A program made the translations under genes and the position numbers. From Eledone cirrhosa (lineage: Eukaryota), in contig OZ024742.1 in assembly GCA_964016885.1 (NCBI GenBank), positions 233,616,001-233,680,000 on the forward strand: DNA of 64,000 nt, written 5' to 3'. The notes under the pieces were generated by a model that was given only the letters and a program-made list of their open reading frames with translations, searched no databases and was not told the DNA's origin. Below, piece by piece: positions 1-13,707 of the stretch. Positions within the stretch are counted from its first letter, which is position 1. Each line of letters opens with the position of its first letter.

Positions 1-17
1 TATTTCTACCAAGTACA

Positions 18-250
18 GGGCAGCGGATTGTCAGTATCGGTAGGGCGTGGGACAACATGCTTTGCAGCATAGAGTTACGGCCCTTTATGATCTAAGTTCA
101 AATCCCACCGAGGTTAACTTTGCCTTTCATCCTTACGGGGTCGATAAAATAAAGTGCCAGTCACGCACTGGGGTCGATTTAATCGACTCCCCCCCCCCCC
201 CCCCATCTCCGAAAGCGCTGGCCTTGTGCCTATATAAGAAACCATTATTT
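18..250 (+). mobile_element. tRNA-derived SINE, major family of this window
   Basis: A-box-like tgtcagtatcgg, B box gttcaaatcc, core tttgcctttcatccttacggggtcgataaaataaagt; TSD-like flanks tatttctaccaagtac / tatttttatcaagtac. Confidence 0.85.
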
Positions 251-1737
251 TTATCAAGTACGGCAACCACGTTAATGTTCTCTCACTGTACATGTTATAT
301 ATTTCTCGGTAAATCTGTAGTTATACATCTTTATGAAACTACGTATCAGAATCCTCCCCGCTCTCTTATTTTTACTACTAATAAGCTAAAGGTATGGGAA
401 GGTTCTGATACATACTGTTTCAATATGAAATTATAACTGGAAATCAATGTAAGATATAGCAACATTATCAAACATAAATGCTTTTGCAAACAAATCACAA
501 AGCCTTTAATTTACTGACCCAAAACTACCACACCTGTTCGTTCAGATTAAAGATATATGACTATAGATATAAGAAATCTACTGATATTGACAATGTGTTT
601 CGCTTGGCGGTTGTGATGCGTCGTTTATCATTTCTTATTCTATTATACCGTCTATGGTCGACTTTCCACTACCTTTCGATAACACACCTGCTAATGTTCT
701 CCGTTAGTAAAGACTTAAAAAGAAAAGAAAAATAGAAAAAGTAAATGTTATATCAAATAACTAATCAATAGAATTTCAACGGTAACACCTAAAAATAAGG
801 TTATCGCAGTGATCTAAGTGAAGAACAAACATCAAGCTGTGCGACCGCTGAGATTCTACTCGGTTATATGTATAGGGTTGGGTATACAGATGAAAAACAT
901 ATGTAAAGGTGCCATAGTATTTTTACAATACCGTGTTGCATTTGATTAAGACTTTATTGTTTTAAGTAAGCACAACTTATCAAGTCGGACGGGAATAGAT
1001 TAACTTAATACTTGACAAGTCACTAACAAAAATATGAAAGTAAGAATATAAAAGAAGATATGTTTAAGACATTGTGTAAAGAGGAATGTAATTGGCGATA
1101 TCTCACAACAAAATGCCCCCAAACTGTCTGAAATGTGAATGTGTTAAATTTGATACTACGTAATTGGGATTGGAGTTTAAGGTGTAAATATGACAGTATA
1201 AGACAAGATAAATAGCATTTTAGATTTAAGATTAAGGTGCAATTATAGGGGTAATGCAATTAAAATTTTGTAGAGTGTAGAATAGTGATGTAGCTATAAC
1301 CGACATATGCGAGACTGTGTAGCAAATCTATAACTGAAATGTAATTAGAACAATGGTGAATCTAAAACTCGGATGTGATTATGATATAGCGAGAATATGA
1401 CTATACTGAAAATAAATAGTAAAGTTCACGCCAACAACTTCAGTTGTTTTTGTTTTGTTTTGTTTTATTTAATTTCCAGGGTTGTTTCCTTTGTATTTTT
1501 TAAAACCAGAATTAGTAATTAATCTAATAATATTTTTTTCTCGTTACTACTGTGTAGTTTTAGTTAATTCAAATTTCATGGCTTACTACATTTAATCTGT
1601 TAGTTCCTACTTTACAATTTGTTTCTCATGAATCAGACGATCCTATTGAAAGTGAAAAAGTATGGTAAATGGCCAACTTAAATGAAATGAAAATGCCCAG
1701 TTGAAGATACTAGTAAAGACTTCCTGTCACTGTAGTG

Positions 1738-2075
1738 CAGTGGCCCTCAACCTTTTTTACCTATTGACCCCTTTGATTCTTATTCTACTCTGGTGGACCT
1801 CGATAGCCATGGAGTATGCAATGAGCCGTCAAATTGTAAAGTCAAAGTACTACTTGTGAAAATATGAAAGGATACCTTACCTTTTTCAATAACAAAATCG
1901 AAGAAAGAAAAGTATTTTGCGAAATAGAACACGACATACAGTGATCGCATACGATAAACGATTGGAAGATGGCAGTGGAATTTGAAAATGGAATTGAATT
2001 CGTAAATTTCATCATATTTTTTATTGCAGAAAATAATCCAATAATGATAGGGCATATAAGCCCGCAGAACACCCT
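1738..2075. mobile_element. Possible degraded hAT-type non-autonomous element
   Basis: Starts cagtggccctcaaccttttt (Charlie-like terminus); the other end gaacaccctg is degenerate. Confidence 0.35.
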
Positions 2076-2356
2076 GTTATTATTAGACTATTTTCTGTAG
2101 TCACGAATACAGCGAAAGTTAGTAATTCAATTCTATATATATATATATATATTTCGTTTCTGAATTTGTTTAGCAAGATTCTTTATCTGAAAACGTGTGT
2201 TGAAACCGATACTTTGGGAGGGTCATGTTGCCAATAAGAAACACACGCACCAGTTGCTTTCACTCCAATTTATTATAAATTAAATTTATAAATTTAAGAA
2301 TTTATAAATTCCCGGTTGGTTGGTTGGTTCCTCAACCGGACGGTTGTTCATATATT

Positions 2357-2399
2357 GTCAAAGTTCTTTCGTCACACATTCTGTGAACTCTTCAGTGAC
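2357..2399 (-). ncRNA. Minimal hammerhead motif in (TA)n-flanked element 2151-2454
   Basis: Minus strand: gtca CTGAAGA gttcaca gaatg tgtgac GAAA gaac TT / tgac. Confidence 0.65.
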
Positions 2400-3006
2400 T
2401 GGGGATTCTTCTCTTTGTGTTGTGCTTCTCCTTTGTGCTGTCCTACGCCATCTTATATATATATATATATATATAAGATTCCGACGATAGTTAAGAGTTC
2501 TTAAATTATTCAATGCTTTTCAATTGTTTCAATATATCACTCAAGAAAATACATTGCCAGGATAAACATGATAAAAAATAAAAAGAAGGAAATATATATA
2601 TAAACATAATAAAAAATTAAAAAATAAACATAATAAAAAATAAATATATGTACATATATATATATACTATACATCGCTATTTCAGAGCACCAATGCAAAT
2701 TTCTAATTTTTGGTGGGCCGCTCTGTATGTTAATGAGTTTAAACGGCTCATAAACATAACTGGAATCCTCTAAGAATCCAGCTTCTATAACTCTCGGCAA
2801 AAGCGAAGGGGTTTGTAGTCTTGACAGCCACTTGCAAGTGAGAAACGGTACTACCGTCGATTACTCCCCTTTGCTTTTGTTAAAACTAAGTACGTGATGT
2901 AGTCACTACTTTAAAATTCACAGTGAATGGTCTTCAAAATGTTTTTAAATAAACATACAGTATATTATCAAATACACTATACGTACATTCATGTATATAT
3001 TCATAT

Positions 3007-3123
<117 letters not shown>

Positions 3124-3274
3124 GTTATATTAGGAGATGGTGATGTTGCCAATATTGCCAATACAGAGAAACACACGCACCATATATACCAGATGGAGTA
3201 GAGGTTTAAGACAAGGAGGCACTAAACAGATAATCATTAAGGAGGTCACAGAATATATGACGAAAAATGTATAT

Positions 3275-3315
<41 letters not shown>

Positions 3316-3319
<4 letters not shown>

Positions 3320-3527
3320 AACGAGTTGGACCCCGACGGCTGAACTCAAGCTGTTTCGACGGCTAATTCTGGACTAAAAAAATGTTTTTTAGTCCAGAAT
3401 CAGCCGTCGAAACGGCTTGAGCTCAGCCGTCGGGGTCCTACTCGTTCCTATTACCCACTCTCCTACCCTAAGTATTGAGTACTTTGGTGCGTTATGGTCC
3501 ATCTGGTTCCTTACCACATTTCCTTCG

Positions 3528-3530
<3 letters not shown>
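3316..3530 (+). mobile_element. (TA)n-flanked fold-back element, family B (hairpin 3316-3451 plus tail; 3' half of a hammerhead)
   Basis: Inverted arms of about 67 bp containing GAAA cggct tgagctc agccg TC gggg. Other copies at about 4820-4958 (-), 14164-14345 (-) and 31103-31325 (+). Confidence 0.8.
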
Positions 3531-3559
<29 letters not shown>

Positions 3560-3659
3560 CTTGACGATCGACTTTCGTCAAATCGGACCGAGGGAACAAT
3601 GTTTCTGTTGGTCTTTCCAATTGCTAATACTATCTATCGGTCGCAACTCCAGGTAGAAG

Positions 3660-3779
3660 AAGCAACGTGAAATAAAGTATCTTGCTCAAGGACATAACGC
3701 ATCGCCTGGTCCAGGAATCGAACTCACAACCTTACGATTGCGAATCCAATTCTCTAACCACTCAGCCACACGCCTTCAC
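3660..3779 (-). mobile_element. Second tRNA-derived SINE family (CORE-like); copies 34448-34650 (+) and 37845-37998 (-)
   Basis: Minus strand: gtggctgagtggttag (A box), gagttcgattcc (B box), then ccttgagcaagatact. Confidence 0.75.
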
Positions 3780-3899
3780 CTATATATATTCGTTTTCGAG
3801 TACGGTCACTACTTTATGTCCATGTAGGAGAACCCCTACCGATGCGCTGAACGAGTGTGACTTTTTAGTCCAGCCAGCGACTTGAAAACTCTGGTACAA

Positions 3900-4380
3900 A
3901 CATTACACCTGTGACAATTATTGACACATAGTGCTGGGCCCTTGGTACCATGTGATGACAAGTGTAGAGAGATCTCCAGATATAAAGCAATGTCTGTGCC
4001 GTGAAGCATTTAGGGTGAGCAAAGGCACTGCACAAAGCCAGTCCCACTCTCTTAACCAAGATGATATTTACCAAAAAGAAGAACAAGTCAACATCATTGG
4101 ATACCATCAGGGTTGCAGGTGTTATATCAGAGTTTTCCTTCTCCTAGAATTCTGCCTTGACAAAGGCTAAAGGGTCATCTCTCCCGGTGATTTTGGATGG
4201 CCATTGACTCTTAAGAGCTCCTTTGCCCTTTGACAGGTTTTGTTTTTAGTCCTGCAGGATGTCCAAAGTCACCCTCCTCACCAAGAAACCTTGGTGGGGT
4301 TGCCAGTTTAGTCGCCAACGACCCGACCATGAGACAGGTTGTACTGGGATACATGTTACCAGTAGCATCATCTGGTGACC
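3900..4380 (-). mobile_element. Dispersed repeat resembling an RTE-clade LINE 5' region; related pieces 36055-36315 (+), 38135-38290 (+), 29415-29458
   Basis: Shared ctaggagaagg...actctgatataa and tggtgaggaggg motifs. The RTE assignment is from memory of similar 5' UTRs. Confidence 0.5.
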
Positions 4381-4693
4381 TGACATACATACATACATAC
4401 ATATATACATACATACATACATACATACATACATACATACATACATACATACATACATAACTATGAAGATAAACATGTGCATACAGTTCATTTCTATGTA
4501 CATGGAGACATCATAATCTCATAAGCTTCTGAAATACAAAAGACCCATGTGTTCGCCATCATCATAAACCTTTGCAGAATTAATTGTAGATGATAAAAAG
4601 TTTTGGATTTTTCAAGCAGAAAAAAATTGAGCGCATATACACATACGTACACATACACACACAGACATGCACACGCACATAGACACAGACACT

Positions 4694-4822
<129 letters not shown>

Positions 4823-4954
4823 TAGGGTGAGGTAAAAAAACCAGGTGGACCATAACCCACCAGTGTACTCAATACTTGGGATAGTAGAGTGGGTAATATG
4901 AAAATATCCAGGCTCCCGACAGCTGAGCTCCTGCCGTATCAACAGCTAGTGCTG

Positions 4955-4990
<36 letters not shown>

Positions 4991-5635
4991 AAGAGGTTTT
5001 GTATTACTTCTGTCTACCAAATATCACATACAATGCATTGGTCTAATGAAGACTATATTAGAAGACATCATCCTCATGTGCTACGCAGTGGTACCAACCA
5101 CGAAAATAAATTTCTTAATCACATAACCATACTTATCTTAACCACATAACCATACATCAGTTTCCACTCTAGTGGAATTTATTACTTCTCCGTTTCTTTA
5201 CCGTTTAACAAGTACATTTTGAACAGAACGTACTTTAAACGGAAGACATAGTTAAATCATTTATCTAGTAATGTTATAAAGCAATAATTATAAGACGACA
5301 GTACCAGAAAAGTAAATACAAAAACAGGAAATGTATTTTAAATATATTTTAAAACACTATAAGCAAAAGCCTTGTTTCACTATAAAAAAAGTAAATTTTC
5401 AAATTTATTCTAAGCTTTCAAAAGTAATTGTCAAATGGCTATTAAAAATTCATATAAATAGATCTTTGCTGGACGAAACCGTTTCAGTTGGCAACTAAAG
5501 AAAAGCCCTCTATGCCAGTACTGGCTCCATAAGAGTGAAGTAAGATAGTGATAATATGAGAGAAGTTGGAGGAGAAATAAGACAAGTCTGCAGAAATGCA
5601 GTCAAATTACTTTTTATATTAGAATTGGTTGAAAT

Positions 5636-5750
5636 ACTGCAGCCAATGGAGCGACTAATTCTAGCTAAAAACAGTTATTATGGAGTAATTAATTCTTGAA
5701 TAGGTCAGCCAACCTTGTCAAATATTTGTTCGTGGACCTTTGACGTGCCT
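5636..5750. promoter_or_regulatory. Candidate endodermal enhancer-like motif cluster
   Basis: CCAAT 5643, TAATTAATT 5686, AGGTCA 5702, Fox-like AATATTTGTT 5721, HNF4-like TGGACCTTTG 5733, TGACGT 5741, in non-repetitive DNA. Confidence 0.3.
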
Positions 5751-6138
5751 CATTGCTTTTTACTCTCTTTTATAAACGTTTAATACGAATAAGAAGGTTT
5801 TTGTTAAATATTGAATCTTGGCTTTTGTATTAAACTTCTCCACCAGCTCTACCATCATCACTACCACCTCCTTTCTCACTTTTCCCTCGCCCTTTCTCTA
5901 TTTCTCCCTTCATTCTCTCTCATATTCTCTTTCCATTTTCTATTTCCCTTTCTTCAAGTTGTACTTTTTTTCCTTGCTCATCATTTATATTTTATTCTAT
6001 TCTTCCTCTCCAATTTCTTTTTCTTTTTTTGTTTACTCTTCTATTTATCTAAGTCGCTAGGTTTATCTTTCATTCTCTCTCTCTCTCTCTTCTTTCTTTC
6101 TCTCTCTCTCGCTCTCTCGCTCTCTTTCGTTCTCTTCA

Positions 6139-6201
<63 letters not shown>

Positions 6202-8160
6202 ACTCACACACACTCACTAACCCTTCCATCCCACATTCACAAATAGTTTCAATCTATTTACCAGTCTTTTCCATATTTTTCTTATCTTGATTTTTAATCA
6301 CTTTTACCTTCCCTTCTTACCACCATTACATATTCTATTTGTTTCTTCTGAAAACTCTTTGCCTTTTCTTTGCAATAAAACCTCATTGCATTCTCCTTAA
6401 TCTTCTTCTCCTGACGCCCTTCCTCACTCCTTACTTACATATAGCAGCCTCTATTTCAGACTCCCGTTTCAAACGTCAACCCAGTCAATATTGCTATGTC
6501 ACCACACTGAATTGCCGCCACAGGCTTTTCTTAGTGAGAAGCTAAGGCCATAGTTACATGCCCTCGTGTTTGCGGTATATTGAACATTGCGAATAAGTCG
6601 CATCATTTATCTCATCCTGTTTGGCAGAAGTGCTTCAAAGCAATAAAATTAATGACTGCAAAACAGTGTTGTTTTTCAAATCTAATCTGTCTCCATCGAC
6701 TCATACGGCGTCTTCATGTCAATATTCTTAAAGCTGACTGATTCAGACTCTGCTCGAGACTTGCTGGTAAGATTTTTTTTTAAATAAACATTACTTCTGG
6801 TATAATCGAAAACAATCAAAAGACGTGGAAGAGACTGGTGTTGGTATGTGGCAGCAGAATAACAAATAAAAACATTTACAGTTATTGTAGTCACAAACAT
6901 CGTTTAAAGTAAAATAAAAAAGATGAAGTGTTATAAGTAAGGTTATATTTAAAGTTTTAAACATTTTCCAATAAAGAGTCATGTGTGAAACAGTATATTT
7001 CTATTCCTAACTCCATATTTTACTTTTACTTTTGACGACACAGACCATCTCTGTCATATCTGCATTCTAGAGATTATATTCGATTATAGAAGTAGTATAA
7101 GTAGGTATGGTGACATTTTCCTAGATGCACGAATGTAAGCATTATCTATTTCTAACACAGGCCAAAACTTAAAATCTGGGTGAGCGATATATATATTCGA
7201 TTATATAAACACCAGTATTTGATTGGTACAGTACATTTTTCAACCTGAAAGGATGAATAGCAAATTTAACTTCAGAACATAAACGACGCAATATATTTTC
7301 ACCGTCAATCTACCGATTCTACTATACCCATGCCCTCTTTATAAATAACAAAACATTAGGTTACGGGCCAATAGATTAGCATCAATGTGGTCACTTTGCT
7401 AGAAATCGATGCCAAATATTCTAATCACATTATTCTATCGAAATAAAATAATTCATTAGATAATATAGTCCTAGATACACAGAGTTTGAAAAAAATAAAT
7501 GGCATCGTCATTGGTGAAATGCTCTTGATCATAGGTATGTGAATCAGAGCCAAACTAGAATATAAATAAAAAGAATGGTTTAATAGCGGTGACCCGGTTT
7601 CGAGTCTTAGTTGAACTATTTCCAATAACATACTGCTGTTAATATTTTAAATACTCTTCCAGCCATCCATAGAGTATACAATAACACTCATGGAGAATTC
7701 TTATTTATTTTGTTTTATTCTATTTACAACAAATATTTTATTTAACTTTTCCCGTATATCTATACACACATTTTTATTAAAACTGTAGAAATGTAATCGC
7801 TGGACAATTTCACCTCTTTAATCAATTATCCTTTTATAAATTACAGATCATAAAATATTTATATATATATGTGTGTATGTTTATATATATATATATGTGT
7901 GTATGTTTATATATATATATATATTTATATATATACATATATATACATACACACACACTCTCTCTCTCTCTCACACACACACACATATATATATATATTA
8001 TACAATTTACATTAGTGTAATCAATTAATTTGATTATTCAACAACAATCACAGACCTCTTAGAGTAGTGTTTAACTCAACAGACGAATCATTCTTATCGG
8101 TAGATCCTGTGATAGTTCCACTATAGGTTCCAAGAGTAACAATTTGCAGAGTGTATATAG

Positions 8161-8466
8161 AAATTTACAAAATTATTATTTAAAACATCGCAATCCAGAC
8201 GAGTAGGAATAACATTTATTTCATCGTATGTATTACATATCCGTCTTGGATCGCTAATGTTTGATTATTCTAATCAAATTAAATCGAATCCAACTATTTA
8301 AATATTTAAGTAATTGGATTTGATTTAATTTAATTAGAATAATCAAATATTAGCGTTCCAAGACCGATATGTAATACATACGATCAAACATGTGTAAGTG
8401 TTACGCAACAAATGTTATTTCCACTCGTCAGGATTGTGGTGTTTTAAATAATAATTTTGTAAATTT
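8161..8466. repeat. Diverged palindrome, arms about 140-160 bp
   Basis: aaatttacaaaattattatttaaaac... mirrored by ...gttttaaataataattttgtaaattt; axis near 8303. Confidence 0.85.
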
Positions 8467-8476
8467 ATCTTTTTCG

Positions 8477-8536
<60 letters not shown>

Positions 8537-9454
8537 TAAAAGTTGTTTGACAGATATATAACAAAACGTATCAAACATTAAGAGGGGATAATTTTTAAAG
8601 GGTGTAAGAACACATAGAATAAATGCTCGGATTTATTCCTTAGAATATTTGAGCTTTGTCTACAGGTGGTATGGCGCATGTCTGTGATTTTCTCAGACAT
8701 GACTTCTATAACGTTGTTAGTATTATATATGATATTTGAAGTTATAGTGTAGTACCTCACTATTTTCTTTGGTAAAATGAGATAAGCCCAATGTAGTTTA
8801 CCGTCCCCTATCCATTCTGGAGTAAAAACTGAATGATTAAGATATCTTGTTATTAAGGGCGGTTCAGGTAGCAGAGCGTTTAAAATTCAAAATTGTAAGA
8901 AAGTCAAGGATAAGAAATAATTATTTATTCATACATCTCTACGGACATTTCAATACGGCTAGAATATCACATCCATTTGGAGAGCAACTGGATATTATTG
9001 CGATAGTTATTAATTATCTCCATTAGAGGGGCTTCATCCCAACCATATCTCTTCATGAAATATTCAGTACAAAAATAATAATCATGATGAATACTATAAG
9101 ACATTACCAAGCTAGCGAGAAGAGTTAAAGAGCATGGAGCTTTTAGCCAGCTAGTAAGGTTCAAGTGTATATTATGCAGAAGTCTTTACAAGGATTTTTT
9201 TTCAAAACAATGCAAAGTTATAAGTTTATCTGTGAGTTCTTTTATATATATAATTTTCTTTTCAGAAAATTAGTTATATAGCTAGGAATTGGTTAAAGTA
9301 GAGGTTGTTAAAGTTTTCCTTTATAAAATTAGGGTAGTTTGTCTATTTAGTTATAAGAGAAAGATTTGAAAAGGATTTAACAGTTTCTTTCCAGTTAGCG
9401 TTGTATGTATATATATAGAAACACTCGTATATATATAGAGAGAGAGATGAATAT

Positions 9455-9500
<46 letters not shown>

Positions 9501-10140
9501 TAGGTGTGTATAATTACCTAGTATATTTTTCCTAATCTGGTTCTAAAATTAAACCTGAATTGGAACCGTTACTTTCCTTATATAGTTGAGACAAAATGCG
9601 ATTTCATCTTCTGTTCAAAATGCGAATTCATCTTCTGTTTATCATATCATACTACCGTGAATCGATATTACCGGCGTCTCTTTCTTTATGTCCCCTGTCT
9701 AAAAAACTGTTTATATTTACTGTGTGTCTCCTGTCGCCATAATTATTTTATACTTCGTTTTTTACTTATTTAAAAAAAGAAAGCTTTAAGAATGACTAAT
9801 GTTTGTTTCGATTTAAGACTTATTTGGTTTGAATCTGCTTTTTTTACTGGAATTGTGTATTTATTTTTATTTCTATTCTCACATCCATTTTTATTCTTAC
9901 AGAGTTATATTAATGCGTATATTTATTTATAGTTATTTATAAAGATAAAAAATAAAAATAAAACAAGAATAAATAAATATAATAGTAGTTTGCATATCTT
10001 TTTGGAAATCGGCAGAGAGAAGAGTGTGGGGTAAATCTTTATACAGAGAAAGCAAAAGGATGGGTAAAGATGTAAAGGTGCGCAAAAGGTACATATATAC
10101 ATACATACCTGCACATACACGCATGTATATATACGTTCAT

Positions 10141-10232
10141 ATATCTATAATTTATAATTTTATCATACCGTTTTTATAAATATTTCACAATACAATTCAT
10201 ATATACGACGAGATATAGATCAATATATGTGA

Positions 10233-10277
<45 letters not shown>

Positions 10278-10542
10278 GTATATATATTATATATATATTA
10301 TAGGTATCTTAATATTTATTCACAAGAATACATATAGCCATATATACATAAACACACATATGCTTTAATTTATATACAAATAAATATTAAGATACCTATA
10401 ATATATATATAATATATATACCTATAATATATATATATATATATATACACTCACATATATTGATCTATATCTCGTCGTATATATGAATTGTATTGTGAAA
10501 TATCTATAAAAACGGTATGATAAAATTATAAATTATAGATAT
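10141..10542. repeat. Long inverted repeat including internal (TA)n tracts
   Basis: Arms about 10141-10320 and 10379-10542 are near-perfect reverse complements. Confidence 0.9.
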
Positions 10543-10609
10543 TAAAATACTAAAAAAGATTACATATATATATATATACTGTATATATATATATATAGTA
10601 TAAAGAAAA

Positions 10610-10661
<52 letters not shown>

Positions 10662-10846
10662 ATTACATATATATTTATATATATATATATTAAAAATACA
10701 GAAAACAAATAGAGAAAAATACAGAGAAAAATGAAGTGAAGTAAGTCCTTATACAAAGAAAGTAAAAGAATGGGTAAATGTGTAAAAGATGCGTGAAAGG
10801 TACATTCATACATATATACATATATGCATATATGCGCACACACATC

Positions 10847-10960
10847 TGAGACGAAGTTGTCCTTATGGTCCTTACGGATAATAAAGGCATTTCGTTTGAC
10901 TACTCTCGCTATTCTATCGTCTATATTTAACTGGACTATTTGTTTCGCCTCTTTGTTGAT
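10847..10960 (-). pseudogene. Penelope-like retroelement ORF fragment (region just upstream of the RT core)
   Basis: INKEAKQIVQLNIDDRIARVVKRNAFIIRKDHKDNF resembles the INxEAKxIA...IDDR...AFITLKDHKxNF segment I recall from PLE proteins; needs BLAST confirmation. Confidence 0.65.
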
Positions 10961-12060
10961 ACTCCCATGGAATGTGACTGAATTAGGTTTATGTTCAACA
11001 TAGTCCCCTAGCGGTCCATACACTTCTTCCATTGGCGTTGTAGTGATTGGATTCTATTGGTAAAGAAGCTTTCATCCTGTTAGTCAAAAAGGTTATCAAC
11101 AGCAGATATGACGTCACCATCACTGCAATACTGGTTCCCAGTCAAGTGTTTTTTCATGTTGGGGAACAGATAATAGTCACATGAGGCCAAACCAGTTCAA
11201 AGCTATAGTCACGCACAGCAGCCATTAAAACTAAGGACATGTGTGCTGGAGTATTTTCCTGATGAAACAAGACCCTTCTCATTAGTTTTCCTGGACGTTT
11301 GAACTTGACGGCCTTTTCTAACTACCTCAGCAAGTTGACATAGTACTCTCCGTTAATAGCATGGCCCTTTTGAAGATAGTTAATAAACACAATGTCTTTT
11401 GCATGCCAAACAACTAAGTCCATAACCATCCCTACAGATGAAACGATGTTGGCCTTTTGGGGAACAGGTAAGGAGGGATGTTTTCACTGCATCGATTTCC
11501 ACTGCATCTCTGGTTCAAAGTGAAGAACCCAACACTCATTCTGGGTTAGAAACGTTCAAGGAAACCAACTGGATCTGACTCAAATAATGTCAAACCTTTC
11601 CGTAATAGGATCAGCCGGGTGCACTTTTGATCATGTGTCAGAAGACGTGGGCCCCACCGAACAGCGGTCTGCACCATGCCAAGTTCATTAAGCAGAATAT
11701 TCTCAACTCTCTCATGGAGTATGCTAATAGCAATGTTTTCCTCCGTGGTGGCAGTTACAGGACGCCCAGACATTGGATCATCTTCAAGACTCTCTCTTCT
11801 CTTCCTAAATTCAACTGACCACTTTTGCACTGTTGATAGAGCTGGAGCGCCATCCCCTAATGTAACAACCCTGACAATATGAATGTCATTGGAGGCTAAA
11901 TCTTTTTTCTGTAGGTACTTAATGACACCATGGTGCCAAATTTTGTCCATTTTAAAAAGAAGTCACTACTAGTCTTCTTTGAACAGTCAGATGTCAGTTT
12001 ACCTGGAAAGAAACCACTCAGTTGTTAAAAAGAAGAGTTGAAATTAATGCCATGCAAGAT
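10961..12060 (-). mobile_element. Degenerate mariner (DD34D-type) transposon
   Basis: Transposase remnants: LEDDPMSGRPVTATTEEN, WGPRLLT (WVPxxL motif), WVLHFEPE, LFHQENTPAH, C-terminal WKKCMDR*GDYVE; several stops and deletions. Confidence 0.88.
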
Positions 12061-12123
12061 TTGAGTTGGCGCCCGTCTTTCCGTTCTTTTCCCATTGTCT
12101 TTGCCCTTGTGTGCGCCCTTACT

Positions 12124-12174
<51 letters not shown>

Positions 12175-12175
12175 A

Positions 12176-12245
12176 GAGTTGAGATGGAGGGTCTGTGGTT
12201 TTTCTCACAGATGTGAGAAAAACCACAGACCCTCCATCTCAACTC
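12176..12245. repeat. Perfect hairpin after (TA)n, followed by a degenerate hammerhead variant (12247-12284)
   Basis: gagttgagatggagggtctgtggtttttctcaca ga tgtgagaaaaaccacagaccctccatctcaactc, then cctt TTGAAAA gcag aagaa ctgc GAAA ccga TA aagg. Confidence 0.8.
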
Positions 12246-12509
12246 ACCTTTTGAAAAGCAGAAGAACTGCGAAACCGATAAAGGAACCAAATAAATATAT
12301 ATATTTTAAAAAAAATAAGACTCCAGTTGCATTTTCGATTTCATCTTTTTTCCTTATATTTTCACTCGTGTAGGACACCGGGTATTTTTCATTTTGTAAA
12401 GAAAACGTCACTTTCTAATATATATATATAGATATATATATAATAGTAGAACACTGGGGGGGTTATATCCGTAGTAGTAGAGCACTCAGTCCATGGGACG
12501 AGTTTGCTA

Positions 12510-12641
12510 GAAGTAGTTCCAGACCATCTAGGTCACCATACCGAGCACAAATGTTTCACCTTATGCAGACCGAGCTGAAGATCCGCATAAGGTGAAACAT
12601 TTGTTCTCTGTATGGTGAACTAACTGTTATGGAACTACTTC
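12510..12641. repeat. Fold-back element; non-folded copy of the family at 19379-19540
   Basis: gaagtagttcca...tttcaccttatgc mirrored by gcataaggtgaaa...tggaactacttc; flanked by (TA)n. Confidence 0.8.
12569..12611 (+). ncRNA. Minimal hammerhead-like motif (degenerate family copy about 19479-19517 -)
   Basis: accgag CTGAAGA tcc gcataa ggt GAAA catttg TT / ctctgt; the sister copy has caattg TT ctcggt. Confidence 0.6.
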
Positions 12642-12848
12642 CATATGTATATATATATACAAATGGAAGTTCAGTAAAATCGGAGCTCTGGCTGTGGCCA
12701 AGCTAACGAATGCAATCCGGAATGTGCATCAAAGCACTCAATAAGTCAATGAGGTAGTGTCACCTTAGAGTAATAACATACGTTAGAAAGCTTGACAAAT
12801 TGAAGACTGCGACCGGTGAGCCAGCCACATGGACCAAAGCACCGAGAA

Positions 12849-12950
<102 letters not shown>

Positions 12951-13071
12951 CAGGCAATATTATGACCCTCCCAAATATAAAAGATATATATATCTTACGG
13001 TAAATATTTATGCAATTCAAATCAAGCACTCGGCGCATTTTTTCCACATAGGAAAAACGGAGTATATTTAG

Positions 13072-13370
13072 AATGAGAAAATGCGAAGTAGTTTCAGATG
13101 TTAAAGTCCTTTATTGGTAATGCTGTCATACATATTTCAATGACGACAGTGGCCACACGATTCCGTGTACCCAGTGCCGTGACATCATCAGACAGCTTCT
13201 TGTCGTTTCTGTTTGGATTGCCTTGGGAACGTAACCTTATTATATAAGAAGCTGTCTGATGATGTCACGGTACTGGGTACACTGAATCGTGTGGCCACTG
13301 TCGTCATTGAAATATGTATGACAGCATTACCAGGATTTTAACATCTGAACCTACTTCGCATGTTCTCATT
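13072..13370. repeat. Palindromic element, arms about 125 bp, loop about 46 bp, hammerhead-like motif in each arm
   Basis: Arms 13072-13200 and 13247-13370. Confidence 0.9.
13251..13325 (+). ncRNA. Hammerhead-like motif with long stem II and non-canonical G at the cleavage site (mirror copy in left arm, about 13113-13196 -)
   Basis: gctgt CTGATGA tgtcacggt...gggtacac tgaatc gtgtggcc actgtcgtca tt GAAA tatgta TG / acagc. Confidence 0.65.
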
Positions 13371-13411
13371 TTCTCATTATATATCTTTATTTTAATCTTG
13401 CACTATATATA

Positions 13412-13480
<69 letters not shown>

Positions 13481-13563
13481 ATAATAATAAATTTGAAGTC
13501 TAAAATCCAAAGAGGGCACGATAAGGATAAGTATATATCAAATATATAAGAACCGTAGAGCAA

Positions 13564-13700
13564 ATATTTATTAAAATAACAGATTAAAGTTTAAGCAAAG
13601 AATCGCTGATTTCACCCTTAACGGGATCTTTTGAAGATCCCGTTAAGGATAAAAGCAGCGATTCTTTGCTTAAACTTTAATCTGTTATTTTAATAAATAT
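13564..13700. repeat. Hairpin element whose axis cuts through a hammerhead core
   Basis: Axis at gatctt tt gaagatc; combining the arms gives TGAAGA tcccgttaagggt GAAA. Confidence 0.85.
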
Positions 13701-13707
13701 ATATATA

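Noticed and set aside
8410-8440. CTGACGAG...GAAA on the minus strand as a hammerhead
   Set aside because: No room for stem II and no convincing stem I or III; the palindrome is kept but the ribozyme call is not.
8578-9164. Short minus-strand ORFs as a retroelement or gene fragment
   Set aside because: No motif I could recognise; needs BLASTX.
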